DNA of 64,000 nucleotides, from positions 29,202,001-29,266,000 of the forward strand of contig OZ116706.1 in the NCBI GenBank assembly GCA_964199315.1. Reading direction: 5' to 3'. The notes below the pieces were generated by a model, which was not told the origin of the DNA, ran no database searches, and saw only the letters and a list, made by a program, of their open reading frames with translations. Positions 1-13,300 of this stretch are shown piece after piece (the stretch's first letter is position 1; every line of letters begins with the position of its first letter). Position numbers and translations under genes: made by a program. This DNA is from Orbicella franksi. Its lineage: Eukaryota.

Positions 1-341
1 ATTCACATATTGCAAACTTAGCATAATAACCACATCAAAGCTTGGCACTCATTTATGTACGCAGTGTGCAAAGAAAGTTCTGTCTGTGTGATAGCCAAGG
101 GCTAGTGGATTTCCCAGTAATGCTACTGAGTTGATTCTGTCCACGAGTGAAGTTCCTTGGGAAAATATTTAAGGAAATTCAAATTACAGAAGTACTGTGG
201 ACCGACAAACTTTTGCGGGGCTTCTGACTACTTGCTATAAATAAACAGATCACAGTTAGAGTTTTTAATTAGGGTTTATTTCACCCTTGCATGGTGCATT
301 TTTTCTAATCAGAGACAGTAATGGCTTGATATACAACTTAC

Positions 342-2923
342 AGGCTGATTTGATCCATCTTGAATTTTATATTGCAAGGCCCACTTGGGTCTTCCAGTGA
401 AGTCCACAAACAGATACAATGCACTGAACACCCAGTATACAGTAAATGTCACCACATTTGTTCCTTGAAGAGAGAAGAGAGTTGTTGTGGCACGGTTTCC
501 TTGGATATTGATTATTTCTTATCCTCACTCCACTTCTAAACATTTCTACTCCGTTCTCTATTCTTGGTTGCCACAAACATCCCTTTTCAAAATTCCGCCA
601 ATTTTTCCCTGATAAAAATAAGATTTCCCTGCCCAAAAAATGCAAAATGTCGGCTCTACTAGCAGCTTTTCTTCCACTCATTCGTTATAAGTGATAATTT
701 TCACCAATTTCCCTTCCTCATTAACTAGTTTCAGAATAAAAACTAGTGATAAAAAATGACATTTCGATCTCCCTAAGATCATTTTCAAGTTGCAGAAAAA
801 GCGAATGAAATATACATATATAAGTACAAATTAGGGCGTGAGAATGTCCAACAATAAAATATGTAAATACAAGCGCTAAAATGTAAGTGTTAAAATAATA
901 AAATACTATATAAAAAAACTATATAAATAACTTTGCATGGATTGAATCTGACTGTTTGTTCAAAGTTGGTTTAAGCTCCTTTATAAAGAGCATTTTGTAG
1001 ATCAGGCAGTCAAATTTAATTTGGCACTTTCTCAAGATCTTAAAATCATGGTACATGTCAATTGGGACTGTTCCATGTTGCCCTTTAATGTGATTCCCGA
1101 TTGAAGATGACCCTTTGTGTTCCTTAACGCGCTGATAGAGGTGTCTGCATGTATACCCAACATAGTTTGCATCGCACAAACACTTGCAGTAGTAAACAAT
1201 GCACTGCTGGTTAATGGTAGGCAGCTTCTTCATTAACTAAAGGAAAAATATCACAGAGATCAAAGTGACCCCAAATGTTTCTTCCAGCCTTCAATGGTAT
1301 TAAATCAGCTGTATAGAATTATTTCAATTTTCCCTAACTTTTCTGCAAAATATCAATTCTCCCTGACTCAAAATAAACTTCCCCAACTTTTCCGACCTTG
1401 AAGAATTTCTTCCCTGATCATTTTCTGATCTGTGGCAACAGTGCTGCTAGTTAAAGCTAGACATTTTAAAGATCTTCATCCTTAATATCATCATTTTCAT
1501 ACTACAAATGCATGTTAGCAGTATGGATTAGTAAGGGCTTAATATTTCAAATTTGTTTATGGTAATGCCAATCTCTCACCAATAGCCGATAGCAGAAATT
1601 CATCTCCACCAAATAAAGCATGGATCTGCTTCCACCAGCCTTGCCACAGATCACCAGATGCTCCCCAGAAACGCTCCACATGCCTATGATAAAACGTGTT
1701 TATTTTCATTACAAGAATATTTTTTTCATGTTGACCCCTTGGGAGAGGATATACAAAAATCTGACAGGAGGGGTAGATTTAAGGTACAATTTCTAGAGCA
1801 AATGAAGATACAAGATTTCACTAACCAAGTGATTGTATTTCTTGCTGCTGCAAAGCAAATCAAAGCCGTACCAACAACAAAGGCAGTTTTCTTCAAGGCA
1901 GCAATTACAGACTTGTTATCCTAGAAAAAAAAGGTAACATTCACCAATAAGAATATACAGAGTATAAAGAACCCTTACTACTATAAATAAGTACAGTCGA
2001 ACCTCGATTATCTGGACTATTCGATTATCCGGACTTTTTTCTCTGGTCCCAATTTTTTCATGAATATTAATTAGTTGTGATCTTGAAAACTCAAAGTTGC
2101 AAAAAGCCCAACAATCCTATCATTGGACTGTTGAAACAGCGTATTATATCCTGTGCGCTTTTCAAAATTCGCAAGTGCGACGAGACAAAGAAATATTCTG
2201 ATACGTTCAGCTGATATCTGATTGGCTCAATTGTTTTGTTACCAAGGGAATTTCATGCTTGATTAGTTCCTTCCATGGGGGTTATGTAGACACACAAGCA
2301 ATCGATCATAAACTCAAATCAAAAACAAGTCTACGAAGCGAAAGCGAGCTGTTCTATCAATTAAAGATAAGCAGATAATTATTTCACGTTTGGATAAAGG
2401 AGAGAAAGGAACAAATTTAGCTCAAGAATTTGGCATCAGCAAGCAGCAGATCTAGATCTCTGACATACGGAAGAACAAAGACAAGATCCTAAAATTTACT
2501 GACAGCATCGAGACAAGCGAAGGATTAAAATGAAAGTCCCTGACCAAGCTACATGTACAAGTCTTTGAAGCAAACAAACATGCTTGAACATTTTAGACCT
2601 TTGTAAATACCTGAACAGAAGGTTTTTATTTGTAAATACATACAGGCTGTGTAGATTTCACAATTAAAATGATGTTTTCTTTGCTGTATACCTTTTGTTT
2701 ACATTTCTATCTCATTAATAAACATGCTTTCGATTATCTGGACTATTTACCGAGGTCCCAACGAGTCCAGATAATCGAGGTTCAACTGTATTGTAAATAA
2801 AATTTGACAGAGAGTTAAATTAAAGGTAGATCAAAGCTGTACCGGTTGAAGTGCATTCTTGTCTCTTGGTTTGGCCCATTCAGGTTCAGGCATCACTGGA
2901 TTACTACTGTCCACTACTGCCAT
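342..2923 (-). CDS. FAXDC2: Fatty acid hydroxylase domain-containing protein 2-like (sterol desaturase family), 5' part; gene continues beyond position 1
   Basis: Coding exons 2923-2843, 1920-1826, 1683-1580 and 463-342, all GT-AG with consistent phases. Translation MAVVDSSNPV...KKTAFVVGTALICFAAARNTITWHVERFWGASGDLWQGWW...YWVFSALYLFVDFTGRPKWALQYKIQDGSNQP resembles the vertebrate FAXDC2 N-terminus (RTAFILG...WHLQRFWGASG...VDTTGKP...RIQ). A probable 5' UTR exon has its donor at 5321/5322. Confidence 0.85.
919..1233 (-). mobile_element. Penelope-like retroelement 3' fragment (GIY-YIG endonuclease), intronic in FAXDC2
   Basis: ORF contains IVYYCKCLCDANYVGYTCRHLYQRVKEH...ELKPTLN, the VY..YVG.T.R.L..R..EH GIY-YIG signature typical of Penelope C-termini. 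No RT domain is present. Confidence 0.8.
1994..2788 (+). mobile_element. Internally deleted pogo/Tigger-type (Tc1/mariner) DNA transposon
   Basis: TIRs CAGTCGAACCTCGATTATCTGGACT...AGTCCAGATAATCGAGGTTCAACTG flanked by TA on both sides. Degenerate HTH remnant at about 2335-2530 (KRKRAVLSIKDKQIIISRLDKGEKGTNLAQEFGISKQQI*ISDIRKNKDKI) with stop codons. Confidence 0.85.
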
Positions 2924-3945
2924 GCTAAAATGATAGAAAATAAAAAATTTCAAAGTTTTTGTTGAAGTGGTACAGAATTCATAAAATTTAGTACACGATA
3001 CTATTTTCCTTATGTGTACCATGTAAGCAAAATTTGACTAAAAAGAGAGAATGGGACTTTTTCTCCCAGAACAACACCTAAGAGTGTGTAGTCTACTTTG
3101 TTTCGTATTCTGGTAGAGTAGAGACCACATTTCTTTTGAACAGTGATCCTTACACCCTCATGCAAGATATCTTCAAATTCACCTGTCTCTGATAACAAAG
3201 TCCCCCATTTTTCCTGTAGTGACAGGTATCATGAAACAAGGCCTTTCACATTTATTTGACCTCTATTAGAAAATGTCTTCTCAAATTTCCTTATATTAGA
3301 CAGATGGTTAGGGCTGTCATACAGTTTTGCTTTTTTACTTGATTTTCACACCCGTAACAAACTTGTTACTTTATGGCTGAATTGTATCAACTACAGGCAA
3401 GTTCACCTGTAACATCAAGTGCCCATCAAGCATGCTCAGCCATAACAGGTGCTACACATTACAGCCCTTATTGACAACCTTAGAAGTTCCAATAGAAAGT
3501 TACCCCCTCCCTCGTCCTTGTTCTGGAGTTACTGATGAGATGTACTGTAGAATGAGTTGTTCAACAAAATAACCATACCCCTCCCATGGAAAGTTTTTAG
3601 TTTAAATGCCCTCACCCTCCCTTCCTTCTGGAAATTCTAGTTTACTTTTATACTTTCCTTAAAAAATTGACTTTTGAGACCTCCCCTCCTTGGAATTTCT
3701 AATACCCTCCTACTGGTGGGTAAAGATATTTTCTGGGATCACACAAATATACCAAACTGGGCCAGTTCTCGCATTATCACTACAACTATATTTAGTGATT
3801 TTTCTAGCCATCACAGAGAGCATACAAATTATCTTGTCGAACAAGATGCGAGTGAATAAAAGCATGAAAAGAATGAAAAGTTTAACTTTGTCTCCTGTTA
3901 TCATCTCTTATTCAAACTTACTGGGCAAAGACTTGTCTCCCTTAA

Positions 3946-4398
3946 CCCTTTGAATACCAACTACGCATATATGCGTAATTAATGGTCGTGCTCTTTGTAC
4001 CACTTGTGATGTCATCAATTTAGATGTCATCAGATATTCTTGATAAGCAGATAGCAGTACTAGGCTAGGCCTTTCCGTACAATGACCAGGTTTAGATATC
4101 GACGACATTCCGACATCACAAATTGAAAAACAAGGTTATCAGTTTTGGTGCAAAAACGGTGGTAAAATGGTCCACAACACTTATGATTGATCAAGTCCAA
4201 AATTTTGGCTTCTGCGCATGCCCATAATTGAAGTTTTGCTCAATTTTGTAGCTAATCCTCGAAAAATCTCTCCTTTTAGTAAAAAAAAGGCTTTGCTTTT
4301 TTAGCAAAACTTAGGCTTATTTAGCATCATGGCAGCTAAAAAACCCGACTAAACAGTTAAAAATGGTATTTTTTGGTGAAAGTTTGGTATTCAAGGGG
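3946..4398. mobile_element. piggyBac-type MITE
   Basis: TTAA at 3942-3945 and 4399-4402. The 15-bp TIR CCCTTTGAATACCAA / TTGGTATTCAAGGGG has 1 mismatch. No coding capacity. Confidence 0.75.
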
Positions 4399-5454
4399 TT
4401 AATGAATTATAATTAAACCAGAAAATGGTGGCACAGCGTGAAAAGGCCTGGATACACGTCTGAGTTTAGTGCCACAGTGTTTTGCAGGACACAAGGTTAG
4501 TGGTTTTCCCTATAATTTTGTGTAAGAGACGACAACAGGAGACAAAAGAACTGCCCATTCTTTTCATTTCTGTGACGCCATGCTAGAATCTGCAAAACTC
4601 ATGAAATCACTCATGCTTCAAGCAAAAGGAGAGAGACTGGTAATGAACATTGAGCTTTGGGGCGTAGTGTGGGAGGACCCAAGAGTTATGTGATATTCCA
4701 TGAAATATCCACAACACACTAAAATTCTAGTAGCAAGGTTTGACGTCCGAAAAGCAAATTAACAGTGATAAGTTACCATAAACATGAATATTCAATCTGT
4801 ACACCGATAGTGCGATCGATTTAACTTGGTTAAAGCTTACCCGCATAATAAATTCAAACTTAGGCGTAAGCTTAAATTTAAGCAAATGTTCCATTCAAAT
4901 AATCTCAAGCTTATAACTGTTTGACGTTCTGAGTATTTAGGTTTCAATAACTTTCATAGAGCTCTCGTAACTCTAGTACTGCAACCAAAATATGTCAAAT
5001 ATCAGCACATGATGTGACTTCGTTTATTTGGACAACAGTCAAAACATAACCTCAATGACAATTTTTCCGCCATTTCCCTTTACACAGCTTTACAGCCATT
5101 TTACAACCACCAAATACGGGACGAGAACTAACAGAAAAATTTCGCTTGAATTTTTCATTCCACCAAATTCTTTGCCAATTTGCAGTTTCGTCGAGAGAAC
5201 GAAACACAACATCTGTGGGAGACTTCATTTCAGCTTCGCGGGAAGAAACAGAGTTTACACGATTACGACACGTTGTTGTAAACGGTTGGTTTGTTAGTTA
5301 CGTTTCGAATTAAATTCTTACCTTTCCTTTCAGAACTCTGCACCGCTACAACCTTCGCTTTTCCTTTTATCCTCTGTAGCGCACAAATATTTTACTTTTC
5401 CCTTGCCGTCCAGTACCGTTCAGCTTGGTTTGTTGACAACTTTTCTTGGAGATA

Positions 5455-5510
5455 ATCATGTGACACATAATTGGTCCAAAGTCCGCTCAAGATCGGCCCA
5501 ATGACGTCAT
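5455..5510 (-). promoter_or_regulatory. Putative FAXDC2 proximal promoter (M-box/E-box, CCAAT, CRE)
   Basis: ATCATGTGAC at 5455-5464, ATTGG near 5470, and CCAAT overlapping the palindrome AATGACGTCATT near 5500, just upstream of the putative 5' UTR exon. Confidence 0.45.
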
Positions 5511-6309
5511 TAGCGGTATTGTGCCGGGAAAATTTGCGTTCTTCTGTGATGACCTTCAGGATATTGCGCTAGGTACTGGCCGAGAAGAAAAGCAGCTTGA
5601 GGCTAAACCAGTTGAACAAGGTAGTGACGAAACAATTGGTGATGACTCAGATAACCTGTGCGTTCAAGAACGACGGTTCTTTGGACCGAAACCTCTATGC
5701 CCATTTTGTGCTGTAGGCTATTTACAAATTTCATCACCACCAACACACTAGTACAGTATAAAAGCTTACAGACGCTTCACATCGCATCGCCGCCAGATGA
5801 TATTCATTTTCCAACGACTACATGAAAGACCATAAAATCCCTTCCACACCCTCCCCACCCTCCCCACCCTGTAATTACCAGTTATCCATGACCCATCAGG
5901 GAGGGGTAGCGAAGATAGTTTTACCTAATTTCTTGTCGGTAGAGCAATTCTAGAAATTTTTTTTCTTTGAAATGTCTTCAAACGTCGTTTCCTTGTTCTT
6001 TTACACATTCGGTTCTTCAGTTTCCGATAACCTCGCAGCGACCTCTCACAAATAAGCGTTCGGGCATGGGGAGTTTCTTACACCTGAGACAAGACAATAA
6101 TGCGCAGCTCAGGGAATAGTAGCCTGGTTATAGGACGGTCCAAGTCTCATTTCCTAACCTTCAGGTTTTTTTTTTAATACGCATTCTTTCTGGATGCGTC
6201 GTTTCACCAACGTCTACACACAAACGCCGAAAAACTCTGATGATACGATGACAAAAACAAGCGTCATAAATTGTCGCGTCCATCAGGCTTTTCCGGCGTT
6301 TTAGCGTCA

Positions 6310-6378
6310 ATCAAGCAATCAATCAATCAATTAATCAACCAACCAGCCGACCAATCAATCAATCAATCAATCAATCAA
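6310..6378. repeat. (TCAA)n / (CCAA)n microsatellite
   Basis: caatcaatcaatcaattaatcaaccaacc...aatcaatcaatcaatcaatcaa is directly visible. Confidence 0.85.
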
Positions 6379-7310
6379 CTTTATTTAGAGAGGGTGACAC
6401 ATGAGATGATAAACTGATAAACTAGTGGCCCTCTGTGCTAAAATCCACGAGTAACTATAAAATAACTGAGTACTGTAAGTATAGTACAAAGTATGAACAA
6501 TAAAAAGTCACAATGAATTAAAAAATATGTCATAATTACAATGATTTAAAAATTCCTAACTATAATAATTACTATAATTAAATTAACCTGTCTACATACA
6601 TGCAATAAAAGAACAAAAGTTAAAATATTAAGAGTTTTCGCCTATCGTGGACAACAGGCGAAAACGTATCAAAAACGGGCAAAAGTATTTAGTATTGGTT
6701 TTCGAATGAAATGAAATGAATGAAATGATTAATGCGGACAGGCGAAAACAACACGAAAACGCTTGAGGAGGCGATTTTTTTATTATTAATAAGAACTCAA
6801 CTTGCTTCAGAAAGGTCTTACTCTAGAAAGGCGGGCAACTTTCGCATAGTGACCATAGCTTCTATTCTGCGTCACAAATGCTGAATTTAATTTAACTGGA
6901 AATCCTGACGTTGCTGTACAAAAATAGCCCACTAGCTCTAATTTTCCTTTCTGACACCAGCTTTTCCCGCCGTACTTCAGCCAGTAAAGACAGTAAAGAA
7001 GCTTTTTAGGTATCGGTCAAACCAAAACTATGGTCAAACAATTATGCGGAAAAGTTAGCGGAAAAAAAGTTGAAACTTTCTGCGAGCCCGCAATGACCAC
7101 TTTAAGTACTTTTAAAAAGTATGCGCAAGTGCGCTAGCTTCCAGACCCCTCTCTTGAGTCATTAACACCACAGCCGGCGAATTGAACGTTGAGACCGCAT
7201 TTTGCACTTGGTAAAACACTACACCTTATTTTTTAAGCTTATTTTCCAGCGCGGTCTTCAGTTTTTTTCTTAGACACAAATACATATATTTCCACTGGCT
7301 ATTTTCCAAG

Positions 7311-10300
7311 ATGACTGAATCAAAAGATGAAGTTCAAGGTGTTGCAGATTTGCTGGCAAAAACTAAAGTTGAACAAGTCAACGTTGTAAGTTTCAAAGGA
7401 AAAAGTTTCAAGTTAAACTCCGCAGATGATGGTAAGCCAAAGTTGTTTAACAGTTAGTTTAGTGATCGTTCCTTAAAATTGTAAGGTGAATGAACCCCGT
7501 GCCTAAATTCATGGGGAAAACGGTGAACAGTGAGCTAAGATTTTTAATGTTATGGAAGATACATGTGTATGTTGGATCATGGAGGGAAACCTCTTGTGTG
7601 GCGGAATTTGAACTACCCTGCGAGAGAGAGATTCCCATCGCTTTCTGGTCAGTGAGAGATGAGAGGGAACCTCTGCTCACAACCGTTTGCAACCTCTTGA
7701 CAACCAGGGGTGACTTATGGTGTGTTCCTTTGGCATAGTCCAGGATCAGTAGCAGTGATCCAAGATCACTCAGATCAGGGTGCATCAAAGGAGCTGATGA
7801 TATTGGTTTTTGACAAGTTTTAACCTGTTTAAAACTTACGCATGTCAGACAGATACGACTCATAACGCTGTCTGTTTGCGAGACTGCCAAAAATATCTGC
7901 TATCCTGTGATTGGCTACAAAATTACGAAATGGCATCACTGCGCTGGCATGAGTTCGTCATGTTTCACATGCTAAAGCACGACACACACGACATGCTGAC
8001 ATAGTTCACACATGCACTATAGGAAATCGAGCAGTTGCGACCGGTGCTTCCCTTTCATCTCTCACCAAGCAGAAAGAGAATCTCATGGATTAGGAGACAG
8101 GGAACAAGTGATCGGGGACAGTGGGTAGAGACCAGAGAGTTGTGGGGCGTAGGAAGTCTTCAGGATGCTCGAGAATAAAGAGCAACAAGGAGGATTCCCA
8201 GGATGTCAGGAACAAGGGGAAATAGGAAAATTCTTTCAACCTTTTAATTCTCTATTACAGCTGCAGAGGTTGTTAATGCAATTAAAGCCAGTAAAGATGT
8301 TCAGGCATTGTGCTTAGAAGGCAATACCATTGGCGTTGAAGCTGCTGAGGCAATCGGAGAAGCACTTGCAACAAGACCAGAGTTAGAGGTGTGCGATTAA
8401 TTTAACTAATGTATAACTAATCATTTTATTGTAATTAATTACTACCAGTTTGCTGTTAATCAGTCTACTATGATTTATAATATAATTATTGTGTATTATT
8501 TTTATCTTAGAGAGCATTATGGAGTGACATATTTACTGGAAGATTGAGATCTGAAATTCCACTGGCATTGGTATGTTTGAGTGGGATCATTTGACAGTTT
8601 CTGTAAATTTCATTGTTTGATCTCAAACAGAGAAGAATCATTGTATACACGATTTACAACATTACCGTTAACAGTGTGATTGACTTTTGATCTATTCAAG
8701 TCATTAGCTTTTAGAAATTTTGTTCTGCTGTATTATCTTGTCTTGATGCCTGCAATTCAAAGATATCTACCTATGCAGCTCAAAGCTTGCTTGTACCTTT
8801 GACACTGGAATCAGACATCACTTGCAATTAGTTTAATACCAGTAAGCCATTTCCAAGTTGCTTTTACCTCTGTTGCAAAACAAGTCTTGGTGCCCAACCT
8901 TTCGTATGGATATGAGATTTTCTTGCATGTCTGTTGTCTTGCAAATCAAACTCATTTCCATATGAAAGGTTCTGTACCAGGACTTGTTTTGAAACAGAGA
9001 TAAGCAAGTCGGAAATGGCATATTGACTTCAAAGGTTTGCAGCATGCAAAGAAAGTCTCGTCTGATAGCCTGGAGCTGTGGGTTATTATTTTCAGGAAAA
9101 AAACAAGGATGAAAGAAATACCATAAGAGATTAAATGATCATATTAGTTTAATTTCAAATGAATTAATCATGTTTATAATAAATTTAGTAGGGGTAAGTA
9201 AGAATGCCTTTCAGGCTAGGACATTCTACATCATAGTTGCAGCTATGCAAACTAGAAGATTGATTTTCTTTGCTTCCTTAAACTGTAATAAATGATAACG
9301 TAATAACGTAAGTAAACAGATTTTGCTGTTCTTATTTAACAGCTTCTGTTATTTTTTCTACTCTAGGGGCACCTGAGTGATGGTGTCATTGCAGCAAATG
9401 CAAAGCTTGCTGAGCTGGATCTTAGTGACAATGCATTTGGTCCTGATGGAGTGAAAGCCTGTGTAAAACTCCTCACAAGTCAGGCTTGCTACTCATTAAA
9501 AACACTGAGGTTAAATAACAATGGACTTGGTGTTGGTGGAGGAAAGGTGAGGGGCCTATTTTATAATGGCTTTGGATGTTGCTTTTTTGTGGAGATATTG
9601 GCTAAGTAGGCTAAGTGACAATAAATCTAATAAATCCAAGGATTGGTCAGCATAAGTGGAGGCAGTGTGGCTGAGTGGTCAGCATGTCGGACTTGCAGTC
9701 CAGCAGTCTCAGGTTCGAGTCCTGCTTTGACCACTACCTGGATTTGTTTCACGGTAGCCACGAGTTCAGATCCTTGGCCACACTTGTAAATAGCCAACTG
9801 GTTTTCCTCCAGGCTGTAAGAATTCTTAACAATGCTATGTTGAATTTGAATTATTTGTTTCAGTTATTTGCTTGGCCCCACCAGCCTTTGTACAATAAAC
9901 ACTGCCAAGGGTAAATAAAGGTCATTTATGTTTTTTTCTTTATTTATGTACTTTAAAGGAGAAATGCAACTTACAGATCAATTGACTGAGATGTTCAGAA
10001 ATTAACAACAGGTGCAGTGAGTGTTCACGTCCTATAGCAGCCATCTCTTTACAAAGGCTGGAACCATTCCTGTGGGAGTTGAACTCTTTTCTTATGTAAA
10101 CACTTCCTTTTGTTCCAATAAATTTCCATGGGCGCTGACCACATGAATGAAAATGCTCTATACTAGGCTAATAGTTTGCACTAATTGTTAATATGTAATG
10201 TGGATGTTTCTTTGTTTGTTTAAAGATTCTTTCACAAGCTCTGATTGAGTGTCACAAACAAAGTTCAGAAGCAGGAACGCCACTACAGCTTCAAGTATTC

Positions 10301-13300
10301 ATATCAGGCAGAAATCGACTGGAAAACCCAGGAGCCAAATCTTTAGCAGCAGCATTTGAGGTAAGGGGTGCGTTCATAGCAACTAGCCTTGTGACAACAA
10401 GGTTAAGTCTGCATACAAGCCAGGTGACCCATTAGGCCGGAGCTTATCCCGGTTTCTATAGCATGAAGCGACTAGGAGTATTCTACTCCCCCTGGATGGG
10501 ATGCTAGTCCATCACAGGGTTACCCCCAGCATTAAATTAGCCAGTCCCCATTTATACATCTGGGTGGAGAGAGGCACTCTGAGTGTGAAGTGTCTTGCCC
10601 AAGAACACAACACAATGTCCCTGGCCAGGACTCGCACCCGGACCACTTGTCCCACTGAAGGGTGGTTCAACTGCACTATTATTTTGTACCTGACATGATC
10701 CGCATTTTAAGAGGTACCATTTTTTGGTCAAAGTAATCTCTTGTGAAACCCACCTTCTCAAAAAGTCTATCAGTTTACCTGTGAATATCATCAACATTTT
10801 GCTGTACTCCAAGTATTTATTCTAAGCGTTAAACTATAAAAAAAGGATCTCTGATTTCATTAAATATTTTTATTATTTTTATACTTTTTATTGTTCTGTA
10901 GACAATAGGAACACTCGAAGAGGTTCAAATGCCACAAAATGGAATCCTTCATGAAGGCGTAGCGGCACTGGCTGAAGCATTTAAGTCCAATCCAAACCTT
11001 AAGGTTGGCAGCCCAGTTGTGAGATACACTGCACGGGCATGAATTATCTATTATATAAATTGGTTCTTTATTATATGGACATTGATGATATACCAGTAGT
11101 TTTCTTGTTCCTAAATTTTGATTTCTTTGTCACATGTGTGAAGATACTATTTTTATCTTTCACGTATGAGGCTATTGATGTTGTCATGGTTACGGAGATA
11201 AAACTTTCTTCTTTCATTATCACTGACTTGGTGAATTTGACTCTTTTAACAGAAAATTGCATTTTCTTTCTTTGTGTTTTGTTAAAATGGTTGTCATATT
11301 AAGTTAGACATTTTCCATTACGGTCCTGACCTCAGTTAAGGTGACCACTGTAAGTAAACAAGTGAGATGTCTTAGATTTGAATGTTTCATCAATATCCAC
11401 ATGATAAGCAAAACATTACATGCCTGCTTGGAAATATGTATTTTATTTGCTCATGTCACAGCACTCAAAGATAAAATTTAAATCCCTGCCTGGTCATGTA
11501 ATGTCCTCTATGTGTTATTAAATTATCGATAATGGTGCCATAGAAGTGTTTCTTGCTCAGCTAAGATAACTTAATGTCCAATGCTGCTACATTATTGTCT
11601 TTAGGCTTTTACAAGTATTTATTTAATGGTTTGTTTACTTGACATTGTTTGATTTTAATCATCTTTTTACTGACAGATTTTGAATTTAAATGACAACACA
11701 TTCACTCCTCAAGGAGCTGTAGCCATGGCCAAGGTAAAGTTTGTTCTATTTTCTTTTAGTTTACGTTCTAGTCCCTTTTGGCATTGGATTCCCATTTAAC
11801 TCTCCTGAATGGAGAAGAGAAGCACTGTGAGAGTAAAGTTTCTTGCTCAAGAACAGTACGGCTAAGGTTAAAAAATGAAAGGCTAGATCTAGAGTGATGT
11901 GAGAGTAAAGTACCTTGCTCGAGAACAGTATGGCCAGCATTTAAACGTGGACTGCTCGATCACAAGTCCAGCACTCTAACCATTAAGTCTCCTTGTCTCC
12001 AATTTATTGTGTATTCTGTAGTGCCAGAAAATATCCATACCTCCCCCATGGAAGGGATTTTTTTCTAAGGACTCCCACACACACACCCCTCTGGAAACCT
12101 CTCTCCATTTCTTTAAATCTTTTGGTCTTACAGACCCCCCCCCCCCCCCCCCAGGAATTTCCAATCTCTTCTGTTGGGGGAGTATGGATATTTTCTGGAC
12201 CTGCACATTTTCTTGGAGTTATAAAACAGCTGATTTTTTTTGGCAGGTGTTGCCGAACCTAAAAAATCTTGAGGTCATTAATTTTGGGGATTGCCTAGTC
12301 AAAACAGAAGGAGCAAAGGCGTTGGCAGAGTGTTTGCGCAGTGCATTGAACAACTTAAAAGAACTGAACCTTTCTTTTGATGAGATCAACAAGGAGGGTG
12401 CATTAGCAATTGTTGAGGCTTTGGCAAGTAAAGACTCTCTAGAGAAACTGGAATTAAATGGTACACTTTTCAGCTGTAAACTTGAATCTTGTTAATAGTT
12501 ACTTGTGTCAGCATTATATATAGCTGTTACTACATACATTTAACACATTAACAACATTTAAAATATTAAACCATGTTGGTGCCACAAGTCTCCTGTGGCT
12601 GACAGTATTATTAGAGCATCTGACCAGTGTGCTGGTCATGGGTTCCATTCCTGTTGAAAGACCTCACAATATTTTGTTACATGCACCAGTAGCCTGTGTC
12701 ACTAACCGATGAATAACCCTTGTGTCTAAGGAAATAACCATGTGTTGTTGTCACTTAGAAGGTAACTTGCTGAGGAAAGAAGCTCTTAGTCACAACGTAT
12801 ACCTTAAGTAAGATGGCTGACTTGTAAAAACATGCCTCTTGCTCAATGGCATTTCCACTTCCTATTTAGGCCAAATCACAGGTTATCCTCTCGTTGTACA
12901 TGTATTGGTGGGACTTTTAAAAGGACGTTACTGTGCCTTTAATAACACCTGAACTCTGAAGTTCAAGCCCTTAATAACAAATATATTGCATTTTTGGCTT
13001 CCATCAATCATAATTACAACAACAACCAATAAACCTGGAAAAAAAAAACAAGGAAAATGGATTGAAATCTCTCGATCACAACCCAGAGACATGAAGTAAA
13101 CTTCTGTTTTCTGAGAGGTCTACTAGGATGGTTGATAACAGTGAAACAAAACCGTTGATTGAGCAGAGTTTGAGTTTTAAGGAAAGGAGCAGTGATAAAA
13201 TCTTTTTTTCTTTTACAGGGAATAGCATTGGAGATGATGGAATTGAAGAAGTGAGGAACTGGCTTGATTCTAAGGGCCGGCTTGATACCTTAGGTTCAAT

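Noticed and set aside
5540-5635. Two short similarities to 18S rRNA (TCTGTGATG.CCTT.AG and GGTAGTGACGAAA)
   Set aside because: They occur in the wrong order for an rRNA pseudogene, and the intervening sequence does not resemble rRNA.
5521-5751. 76-aa plus-strand ORF
   Set aside because: Starts at GTG, has no recognisable domain, and shows no splice support.
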